DNA of 64,000 nucleotides, taken from contig DF237372.1 in NCBI GenBank assembly GCA_000708835.1, forward strand, positions 1-64,000. The letters run 5' to 3'. Shown in pieces: positions 11,111-22,400 of this stretch. The stretch comes from Klebsormidium nitens. Lineage: Eukaryota > Plantae > Klebsormidiophyceae. The notes under the pieces were generated by a model. The model ran no database searches and was not told the DNA's origin. It worked only from the letters and a program-made list of their open reading frames with translations. Numbering within the stretch: the stretch's first letter is position 1; each line of letters opens with the position of its first letter. The position numbers and the translations under genes were made by a program.

Positions 11111-14100
11111 ACGTACAGGTCAAAGAAAGGTTGGTCAGCAGATTGACAACAATTGTCTTCGTCGGGAATCGTCTTTTCCCTACTGCTGTGACATCCTGTA
11201 CAGAGGGTCTGAGCTTGTGAGTTCTTTTCAGCAAGGAGGTCCTGAAAACGAAAGGCATCCGCGAGTATGCCGTGAACGGTGAAGTTTATTTCCGAAGTGA
11301 GCTTTATCAATCTATGAATTGAGCAACCTCAACGGCCGTAGAAAGGAAACGAATCTGGTTGGGTCCTTCGCACCGCCTCTTTCAAAGAGCGAACCTTCCA
11401 GACAATCCTTCCGTCTTGTTCTTTGACGCAGTAGCATTTCTAGAAGTAATTGACGGCTCAGCTTTTCCAACAATTGAATCGAAGGTTTAGTTCGAAGATT
11501 GTGTTTGCTTGCTGGTTTCCCTACAGATGACCCAACTATTTCCTCAAAATGAAAACGAGTTGGAGTAAGGAAGACAACAGAGAGAGCCACCCAAGTATTA
11601 CATAAGTGACAGTTTTTAATGCTAAGGAGTGGAATAGTTTCGTTACCCTACCCGGCCAATCATAAGATTCTTCGAGCCAATTGCCCATGATGAAGATTTT
11701 CCAGACTGCCCCTTGCCTTCTCCAATCGCCTAAACCTCAAGCAGAAGCGATGAGTATCGATGAAGGCTCTACAACAGGAGCACCAATAGCATTTCACACC
11801 TCATAGTTATGCTGCTGGTTAACAAACATTTCCCACTTTGGAACAACAGGATGTGGTATATTTTCACAGCTTTTACATGGAATTCAGTCAAATTTGTTCG
11901 AGAAACAAAGAGGCAAGATATACAGTTGAGCTTTCAGTTGAGATGACTGAAATACTCTGATATTGGTTTAATACCATGGCAACCAAGAACTCCATTGCAA
12001 GACCCATATTTGCTCAAAGTTCGCTAATAGGGCAGATTCCGAATATAAAAGAAGAAAAGAAGACGTAATTCTGCCCTCTACTCACCACCGACGCAGTTCG
12101 CTCTAAGGAGATCATCTTGTGCGTTCCTGGTCTCATGTAATGTAGGCGTGAAGAAAATCTTCCGCTTCGAAAGACACTTCAGATTATTTCACGGGTCCTA
12201 AAATCCTTAGACGAGTACTTTCAGCTTGCGTCTCAGGCTACCTTTGAGATTTTTGGAGGCTGTTGAACATTCTTTAAGCAGGGCTCTTTTCTTTCCATCT
12301 CATCTTCGGCTGCTCAGTTCCTATCTTACTAGGCGTAATGAGATATGTTCATCAAGAGCTGCGTAGGCTCAGAAAGAAAGCGAAGTGACGGCTTGCAGGT
12401 TAAGAACTTGTTAAAGAGACGGATGAAGAGATAAGACCTGGGGAAGCACTGACCGGAGTGCGACAGGCTTGATGTGACGAGAAGTAAACTTGTCATAGAG
12501 ACTTCATCGTGACCGCACATGTCACATCTACCACGTATCCAGCAGATTGCTGAGGTTATCCATATTGAAAGGACGGTCAGAAACTTTGCCAGAACATATA
12601 AATCAAGAGGGGCATCATAGCCGGCCGCAATAACGGCTTCGTATGATGCAAAATCTGGGGAACTGGATCAAGAGAATCGATCTGAGAAGAGTCGATAGAT
12701 TAGGGTACGTTGCAAGTCCAGAACAAAGCGAATCCGTCGGTTGGCGGATAAAAAAGTTCTGGAATCTTGAATACGTGGGCGATTCTCGGGGCGCGCTGCG
12801 AGATTGGTCACATCAAATCATGTTATTGATCGACTTACAGGAAAAATCCGATTTCCTTGAGAATCGTATTTCGCCGGGAGGGATGTGGGGGCTGCCCCGC
12901 CCGAAGTAACAGGGCTTTCCAGCCTGGTCGGGAAACGATTCCCGGGTTTAATCGCTTAAAGTCAGATTTCATCGCTTACACCAAATGCGCATCTGTGAAT
13001 ACACGTTTAGTCACGTCAACAGCAAGTAGGGGCGCTTCATCAGAATCTGTCGTCAAGGCGCTGGTCATTCTTATGTCAGTCCTGCTGCTCGTCGATTGTA
13101 ATAGGAGTAAAGCTTACAATCCTCCTCGTCTCACAGAAGAATTAATGTCCGCATGCAAAGCTGCGCTTCTCTCTACAGAGTCACTGCCGCTTCGCTTTCT
13201 TTTGTTTGCGAAAGACAGATCTAAAACGAAAGGCGAAACAACTGAAGGGCGCTTTTGACTCTTCCTCGCAAAGCTGGATGAAACTCCCTGTTTTTCCATA
13301 ATTGTTCTCTCTACAGAGCTTACATTTGAATTTTGGCTCCCAATCAAGCCCCATCTACAGACCTTCCATAGTTCCTCACTCTCTGAGAGCGAAATACAAG
13401 GTAAAACGGAAGCTACTGCAAACCGGCTCTGAAGACGGCATCGTGTCAGTTTCGAATCTTTGGCAAGTGGAGAGCCCTCGCGCCAAACTGCGGGTCGCCT
13501 CATTACGTCACATGTGAACATTGTGGAGGCGACACAGAAGCCTGAACCCCCCCTTATGTCGCCGCTAAGCCAAGTGGGTAAATTAGACAAACCCTATCTC
13601 ATAAGTTAGCCTCTGAATTGGACCTTTAGTGTGAGCGTCCTGCAGCAAACAGTATCAAACAGTGATTGGAGAAGATTGCTTGAACGTGACCAGCTGTCAT
13701 GATTTTCGAAAAGCGATAACCGTGCAATCAAGCTATTTAACGGTCGGGGCTCAAAATGTACGCTCAACTCTCTTCCATTTCGAGCTAAGCATCGGACAGG
13801 ATATTAGGAACGGAGCGGGATGACGCGGAAATGAACGTCATCTTTGCGAAATTTCGCCTCTGGCATGGTTTCACCTCTTCAAACCGACTTCTCATCGCAT
13901 TTTTCAAGCTATAGGCAGATCTTGACAGAGAACTTCCACACTCTTTGCTGCAGCCCGCAAACAAAGCGTAACCAGACATGTGTAAACGTCTAACGCGTCC
14001 GTTTAGTGTTTCCAGGTTTGGATCATGCGCTATTCGACCTGCTAGGATTATTCGACTAACGTATTGTGATTATGTTTGGCGCAGAGGTAAGACGGGACCG

Positions 14101-14132
14101 CTACAGTTCTCCTCCCAGAAACGACTCCCGCT

Positions 14133-15086
14133 TTGTTCTACTTTCACCACGAAGAGAAATTGGAGCATCCTCGACGCATCACCAAGCAAGAGAGTCGTAG
14201 AAGGCACTTTCCTCGAGCCACTGAAGAGATGAAGGGAGCTCACCGTCCCGGTAGAATACGGACACGGACAACCGGACGAATTCCGCTCAACCTGCCGAGC
14301 GCTCTTCAAGATAACCGGGCGGAAGCGGAAGAGGCGACCAGTCTTGAAGACGATATCGCATCCGCTTTGAGAGCGACGCAGAAACTGGAGTGGGGGGAAA
14401 ATCATGCAGTGTCTTCTGCCCCCCAGAGGCCGGAGTTTGCTCCAGGAGGAGACGGAGCGCAGACAGCCTTGGGGTTCAGGGAGTGGCCCAGGGGATTCCT
14501 CCGGAGTGCCAAAACACCCCCCGGGAAACGTAATCGGGCAAAACCAGAGGTGGTTTTGAAGGACAAGCAGAGGGAGGAGGCGAGCGTCATGGAGACGGTT
14601 TACAAAGCGCTAAAAGCGGCGAATACGGTTGAGGGGGACGTTTCTGCGAGGGAATTACCCCCCCGAGGAGCCCCAAAGCCTGGAAGTGTGTTTTGTGAGC
14701 TGCCCACGGGTCCCCCGGTGCTTCGAAAAGACACCCGGGAGGTTAAGGGAGAGATAACCGGTTTCCTTAACGAGATCAAACTCGCTCTAGAAATGACAAC
14801 CAACGGTCCCCCGGGGGGGTCGGAAAGCCTGTCCCGGGACCCCCCCTCTGAGTTCGTCTGCCCCCTCTCTGAGGAGCTGATGCGAGACCCGGTTCTGCTG
14901 CTGGAAACCGGTGACAGCTTTGAGAAAGAGTACATCGACTGGTGGTTTGCTAGGGGACACAAGACGTGCCCGATTTCCTTCGCGCCTATTCTTATCACTG
15001 CCAGGATGCCGAATCCCACACTGCAAGAGCAAATCGCAGACTGGGTGAAGCTAGAAAGAATCTCCCCTCGAGTGGAGTTAGACTAG
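14133..15086 (+). CDS. U-box paralogue, C-terminally truncated by a premature TAG (possible pseudogene); 5' end uncertain
   Basis: PPSEFVCPLSEELMRDPVLLLETGDSFEKEYIDWWFARGHKTCPIS. It is collinear with 9497-11110 over about 270 aa. Homology continues past the stop (ELD*PRAAVPLTS versus ELDQPRAEVPLSS). Confidence 0.8.
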   Translation: MFYFHHEEKLEHPRRITKQESRRRHFPRATEEMKGAHRPGRIRTRTTGRIPLNLPSALQDNRAEAEEATSLEDDIASALRATQKLEWGENHAVSSAPQRPEFAPGGDGAQTALGFREWPRGFLRSAKTPPGKRNRAKPEVVLKDKQREEASVMETVYKALKAANTVEGDVSARELPPRGAPKPGSVFCELPTGPPVLRKDTREVKGEITGFLNEIKLALEMTTNGPPGGSESLSRDPPSEFVCPLSEELMRDPVLLLETGDSFEKEYIDWWFARGHKTCPISFAPILITARMPNPTLQEQIADWVKLERISPRVELD

Positions 15087-16495
15087 CCCCGGGCGGCCGT
15101 TCCGCTGACGTCAAAACTCGGAGGAAAGCTTGACGTCAGCCGAGTGAAGCGTGACGTCAGCCAGAGTGTCGGTAGTTCTTTGACAGTCGCTTCTGAGGAG
15201 TGCGGGGCCGATATTGGTGCTTAGTGCCGTTACAGAGCGCCTGATTGACACCTGAACTGAAGCGGAGCCGGGTCATAATCCGGGCATCTCGACAGATCGC
15301 TCTCAGGAGAGCAGCCGATGAACTGGAGGCGGGCCCGTCCACAGAACAGCTCAGAACATCAGCGGTTTTCGCATATGGGAGTCGAATTTCAGACCAGCGG
15401 CTTTCCTGTTCTCCGCACATGTGCTTTCGATTTCTGATTGCCTGCGTTTCTTTGGAGCATGCCAGAGCCTGTACATGTACCCGCCGCATGTACGTGAAGG
15501 GTTCAAGTTTGAGCTGTAATTCTAATTCAATATTAGTTTAGGTGAGGCGCACTGCCGCGCTGCTCCAATGCTGCAGGTCATATTGCGCAGAGCGTCGATG
15601 GATCTTCCGACCAGATGTAGTCTCGATCATGCAGACCAGAAACCACACATTGGCCCGTGTATATGTGGATTGAGGATCCACATACGCCGCCGCGCGCCAG
15701 GCGCCGCGCAAAATGCAAATATATGACATGCGTTTTGAAGCTTTAGGACGCACATGCATGTGTGCACTGAGTACCGTACGTTGCATATGTTTGTTTGGCG
15801 CTGCTTTTAAGATCAACACAACGACTTACGTATGCCAGGGCGTCAGCCTGTACAACGGAGGGTGGAGGGCTCCTGGATATATGCCGCGCATGGATATGAT
15901 GCATAATTTGTGCATGTAGTGATACCGATCTAGCTCATTGATGTGCAGCCGCACGTGGTCCGACGTCAGCATACGATCTATGACCACCAGGCATGAGCCT
16001 AGCTGGTTCATGCCAACCGGATGCCCTAATTGTCTTGCACGCGCCGCCAGCTCGCAACAGCCTGCGTAGGTATGTCTGGTGACTATGAAAATAATCGTCG
16101 ATCGCTCTTGCCTGCATATATTTATGACGGTCACTGTCATACAACCGTTGACTAAATGTAGCCGGACACCAGCAAACATCGTTGACCCTTATACTAGCAT
16201 ACCGCCGAACCGCTGCCACTGTACATATCATGCATGGAATATGGACCGAGCATCAAAAAGGCGGAGAATAGGAGTCCAAATTTTTTTAGTCTGAGTTGCC
16301 TTTGCGATTGCGAAGGATCTCCGTTTGGCACATAGGGGCATGGTGTTGTACGGTCGCTGCTCACATGCATATCAAAAACAATGAGCAGTTTCTGTCTTCC
16401 TTGCAAGCTTACGTCCTGCTAAGTATACTTCAACGAAAGGTGTACGTTGAACTTGATGGACTAATGAAGCTTGTCAACAAGGCGTGGGGGCCAAT

Positions 16496-19400
16496 CTACG
16501 CCAAGATAGACAGATTCTGCAACAAGAGGAACAATTGAAGTTAGCAAGTATCGAAGCCAGTCCCTGTGCTCCTTGAACAATCAAGATGAGAATGCAATCG
16601 TTGTATCAGCCAATCCTGCCGGCGCAATTTTGGAGCATGCGAAAACCCCTCAAAGTGCAGCAGAAAAAGATGCTCCATCTTCGTAGTACCATGCAGACAA
16701 TAAGCTTTCGTAACTCTACGAGCCACAGCGCAGAATCCTGTTCGCTAAAGAGACATGTCAGATGCTGCTTGGCCTTGAGATGGTTATTTGAAACCTGGTT
16801 TGGAGCTGGGCTGCTCACCTCCTGTTTGAGGAACTCGTCCAGGGGCCCCTCCATGTCGTCCGTCAAAAAGCTCTTCAGGTCTAGTTCCTTGCCGGCCTTG
16901 AAAAGCGCGCCCTCGCCCTGTCACATGAAACACAGTACATCAAGAAAGCGAATTGCATCGAAAGATCCGAGCCTAATATCAAGAATGTTACAATTGTGAA
17001 CCAGAAGCTCAGGGTAAGGAACAGGAAGTAACTCAAACGTACCGCCAAAACGAGCAAGGCAGGAAAGAAGCCGTTTTTATTGCTGGCCCCCATGACCGCC
17101 ACGGGTCTGTCTGAGCTTGAACAGTCACGTAGATATACTCGAAGGGCACATAAGAAAAGGGAGATGGGGCAAACCGAAGAATAGACGTCCCCCCGCCTTG
17201 TCCTATTCTTGAAGTGCTTGCAAGGTGGCCCCCGCAATAAAAGAGTGCTGCCGCAAAGTGCGGCCGCGTGCGCAATCCTTCCACCTCTTCATTCTCTATC
17301 CTCAGAACCATGAGCTCCCCAATGAAGGGACATGTTGAATCCGCTCAAAGGCTTTAGGCAAGATAAGGAAACTAACGAGTCCCCGGAAACTAACGAGTCC
17401 CCTACCTTGTCTTTCTTCAATGCTTGAAGGGCGGTCGCCGGAAAGTGCCGGCAGCGCACACATGCAAGTCTTCCACCTTTCCTCTATGGGATTCCAGATC
17501 GTGGGCTCTCAGATCAGAGAAAGTGCAGATGAGCCAAGATAAGCGAGATGAGCCAATGTAAGCGCGAGAAAAAACAACGAAGCTCCTTACCTTGTCCTTC
17601 TTGAACGCTTGGAGGGCGGCCGCCGCAAAGTGCCGCCGCGCGCGCACATCCTCCGCCTTTTCGCTCGCCGTCTTTATGGAAGAAAGGTTCATCGCACCCG
17701 CCGCAATTGCCTTGCCGACAAAGTCACCCAGGTAGCGGGGAGCCTTCGGGAGGTCGATAGCTAGATCGTCTAACTGCTCGGCGAGAGCCATGAAGCTGGA
17801 AGAGGACGAAACAGCGGTTTAGATGGCAGTTAAAATGACCGTTGAAGTGCCTGAGCAGAAGTTTTACACCTCAAGGAGTTGGGTTGATTTGCCCCGAATC
17901 CACTCAAGTAGCGGGGAGCCCTCGTAAGGTCGATAGCTAGGTAGTCTAGCTGCTTCGTGAGAGCCATGAAGCTGTGTAAGAGGAAAATACAGCGGTTTAA
18001 GTGGAGCTTGAAATGAGACTTAACTAAGTGCCCCAATGAGATGTTTTTACACCTCAAAAAGTTGCGGTCAGTTGTCCCGAAGTTACGCAGGGAGCGTGGA
18101 GCTTTGGGACGTCGATCGACAGGTCGTCTAGCTTCTCGGCCAAGGCCGTGAAAGTGGAAGATGTAGAAACAGCAATCAATGCCGCATCTGACGACGACTT
18201 ATTTCACGGGTTCCATTCAAAAAGCCTTAAAAAGTTGGATGAACTTGCCCACGAAGTCGGCCAAATTTTTGGGGGCATCAACAAGTTTGTCAAGCTGCTC
18301 GACAAAGGCCGTGACTCAGCGCTGAAAAGCACTGAACCAGATGACAATCTAGATCTAGAAACGTCCAAATGACTGGGGCATCGCCATCCTCAAGGAAGCT
18401 TTAAGTGCTAATCGCGTGTCAACAAAATTGCTGAGATTAACTAGACAACTCACCCCGCCTAGTTTCGTGGCAGTGATAGCCTTTTTGCGCAAAACACTTC
18501 GGGCAGCAGCTTCCCGCAGGGATTGCCTCACTATTCGCCTCTGTAAAGTAGCTAGAAGCGAAGAAAGAAAACAAACAAGAAATCAAAGAGAAAATCTTAA
18601 ACTCACCCCGCCTCTAGTTCTTCGGCAGTGATAGCCTTTTGCGCAACCAGTCCCGGCAGCAACTTTCCGACGAGCTCCCTGTCGCGGTCCTTGCCTTCGA
18701 ACCCAAGGTTGACCGCGGTCTGGACGATGGTTGAGTGGTAAGACGGCGTCTTCAGCTCCGTCACGCACAGCGCCGCCTCCTTGATATCAGCCCTGGAAAC
18801 GTGGGGGATGACACATATTTCAGAAGCTGTGGTCACTGCTGACGTCAACATTCACTCCATGTGGAAATTGCAGTCTGGACGTTAGTAGATTGGTACGACG
18901 GCGTCTTGAGCTCACGCACAGCGCCACCTCCTGAATATTAGCCTTAGGTGGCTTATAAAAGAAGATGCACGTGAGAGATGAAGTGATTAGTGCTGACCTC
19001 AGCAGTTCGATCTAATTTAGTGGCAGTCGTAACAACAGTCGATTGATAAGAAGGCGTTTTGAGGCTCCGTCACGCACAGCGCTGCCTCCTTGATATCAGA
19101 CCTGGGGAAGATAAGAGGACAAATGAGCCTCAGATGACGTGGTTAGTACTAACGTCAGTTTTCGTTCTGTGCTTAGGTCCTCATCAATTCTTTGAAAGGA
19201 ACGGAAGCGGGCAATAAAATACTAGCTTCTCTGCCTTTTAAAAGTAAATAATCTGGCAGTCTGACTTGGGGAAGACACCCTCTGACTTAGGGAAGACGGG
19301 TATGAAGCAACAAGCCTCACATCACGACGCTTGTCGTCCTTGCCATTAGGGCAGGTACGAAAACTGGCCAAGCGGCGAAGCAGAACAGCATGATGCTCGC

Positions 19401-22400
19401 TGCGTGAGTCAAAATGGAAAAACAAGGCGAATCCGATTGGTGGAAGCCTTTGTTGAAGCGAGAAACTTCAACCAAGGAACCAAGCAAGGTACCGCTTCTT
19501 CTCATTGTAACAAAGGAACGAGAATGATTAGGACTGATCCAAGAGAACGAAGCACATGTTGAGGTCATGCTGATGTCGCATGCGCCCGCTATGTCAGCCG
19601 GGACAGAGCCCCGGTGACATTCTCAAAGGCGATGCAAGGTCTCGCGCCGTGTTACGGGTTACAGAGGCATGACGTGCCAGTGGGAACCGAAAAGAGAGCA
19701 GCGCTTGGGAGAGAATTTGAAACAATTCAACTCAATGGCTCGATAATCGACTGGGGAGAACGACAGGCCTGTACGACTTCCATAAAAGACTCAAGCACAG
19801 TCCCAACTCAATGACTTAGGAAAAGATAACGGAAAACTTGTATAGCTTTCATAAGAGATTTGGGAACGAAGAAACAAAGCAACGCAAATTGATCCAAGTT
19901 ACGTGCCAAAGAGAGTTTTGCATCAAAACCTGAAAACTGACCCTAATAGTTGAGATTCATGTGAAACAGGAACTTCCAGAAGCTTGCAATGGAAAGGACG
20001 CGGTGGACTTTGACCTGAAGGATATGCAACACATCCTACGAACAATACCGACTCGTTCCAAAGCGCACCAAAGTCGAAGGACATCAGCCGATGGGTGGTG
20101 ATATATAGACTTGTCGTCAAAGATATTCAGACGAACGAGACCATAATGTTGTCATCACTTGCCCCCGAGCTTTGGTGCTTTCCAGATAAAAATTTCAGCA
20201 GATTCACAGCAAGCTGACAGCAACTTAAAAAAATATCAAATGGTTTAGACGTCAGATTGTGATTCCGCATCTTGACTCGCAATTCGGGCACCTTAACAAC
20301 AGACGAAATTAGCAGAGCAGTTGGAACGCAGCGGCAACAACCAACAAGAGTAGAGAAGAACAATGGTTGAAAGCAGGAGCGTGCTCAAATCGTGGTTTAC
20401 ATAATAATAGCCGCAACCCAGCCAGTTCCCAGCAGAACCTGTGAAAAGAAGAGTACACACAACCTCACGAGGTACGATATTGATATATGAATAAGACAGG
20501 AGTGGGACACTTCCAAAGAACGAGCGCCTTAGAAACTCTCAGACACTACAGCCGAGACGAGAGAACTGATCTGCATGATGGGTCTGCATGATGAGGGAGC
20601 AGAAAGAAAGAGAAGAAATGCACTCACGCTGAAAGGTACTCCTTAAGGAACGAGTCCGTTTTCTTGACGAGCTGCTCCTCCTTCTCCTCGTCGGACAGCG
20701 GCTTCTCCTTCTTGGCTGCGGGTTTCTCGCTAATCGGGGCGCTAACCGGGGCGGGTTTCGGCTCGGGAGTGGGCTCCTTGCGGGCTGGTGGAGGGTTGGG
20801 CCTTGCTCCAGGGCCGCTGCCAATGAGAGCACTGCAGAAAGATGGCGAAGAACGTCAAAACAAGGCCTTTCAGAACGGAAGCCAAACTAAGGTGGGGGTG
20901 TTACAACCTTGACGAAGAGTAGGCCTCGCTCCTCGATCGAGTACTATGATGTTACTGTGAAAAAAGGTCGAAGGACGCCAAAACAAGGCCTGGGCGGCAT
21001 AACTAGTGATCAGTAAGTCTGGTACAAGAACGCTCAATCGATCGCAGAGCTGGGATACCCAAACCGCGTAACTTCGACCTCAGATTCAAGAGCAGAAAAT
21101 GTCCAAACAAGGGCAGAAATTAAAGAACATCATGTGCTCGCTATTGGGAATCCTGGGAGAAATGACAAGACCCTGAGCAACTCTACCTAAATGCTTCCAG
21201 CATCAGACCCACTGCAGGGACTATACCCGCCACTAGATTTGCCCTCCAAAGATAACAATCCGATAAAGTACAAAAGGACGCATAGGAGAGTTGTTCTGTC
21301 TCACCTGCTTTCTCCGGGCGGATTGTTCCCAACCACCAGATGCGTAGGCGCCCCTTTCCAAACTGAAGAGTGGAACGAACACACAAAATTCGTCCTCCGC
21401 ACTCACCTGCTTTTACCGGCAAATTGTTGTGGGGGCGGAATACGTTGGGGGCCCATTCCCGGCAGCAGAGTCGGAGGCCCAGTAGAGACCGGGGGAATGG
21501 CCGGGGGAGCGCCCGGAAGATTCGCCAGCCTCGGGGCGCGCTTTCCGCTCAGCCCGACGACCTCCCAACCATCTTCCACCGGGACAGGTGGCACAACCGG
21601 GCCACGTGAGGGTCCCTCGGGGAAGAGGGGACCGTCTGGAAAAAAGGGTAAAAGGCCATTGGTCACTAACTTTGTCAGCAAAAATTGATGAACCGTTTGC
21701 CAGCCTTGAGGCGCGCTTTGCCCACTCAGCTCGAAGACTTCCCATCCCTCTTCGCCAGAACAGGGGGCACAACCGGGCTCCGGGAAGGACCTTGAGGAAA
21801 GAGGGGGCGTTAATAGACACAAAGCCGGTCAGCTTCGAACAGTATCTTCAAGTAAATCTTGAAATATTGGTAAGCCAGGAATTGTGCTTTCCGCTGAGCC
21901 CAACAACCTTTGATCCGTCTTCTACCCCAACAGGCGGCACGACCAGAACATGTGAGGTCCTTCAGGGAAGAGCTAACCGTCTGGGAAAAGCGGGAAGGAG
22001 TTCATAAAGCTTCGAAAACTGCTGAGGTAAGACATTTAAGGATTCACCAGACTGGGGCGCGCTTTCCGAGGTGGGCCCCGATGCATCTGGGAGGGGCGTT
22101 AAGAAAAGAGACTGGTGGCACGATGTAACCACAGGAGGGGCCTCTGAAGTACAGGCAATTGCTTAGGGAGAAATAGAAGATACTTGTAGTTCGCTCGTGA
22201 GGTAGTTCCATGACCTGCCAAAAAGTTCGAAGAAGACAAGCAATAACAAGACAGCAAACCTACGAGAAGTCGAAGAGCGGAACAAAGAAAGCACTTTCCC
22301 ACTTACCCCTCATTCCCTTGGGCGGGATCAGCCCGAACTGCGCTTCTAGCGACTTGTTGCTCGTCGTCGTCACCTTCAGCTCTTCCCTACGCGGCACCCA

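Noticed and set aside
11312-13590. ORFs 11312-11590 and 13114-13590 as upstream exons of the U-box gene
   Set aside because: Possible, but I could not establish phase-consistent splice junctions or any homology.
20125-20165. Box C (GTGATGA) and box D (CTGA) on the sense strand of an eIFiso4G intron
   Set aside because: They are only about 20 nt apart, too short for a C/D snoRNA, and no terminal stem or rRNA guide was evident.
17796-22110. Echo copies as functional mutually exclusive exons
   Set aside because: The copies cover only one edge of the exon and carry frameshifts or stops, so they are not complete cassette exons. Cryptic splice-site use remains possible.
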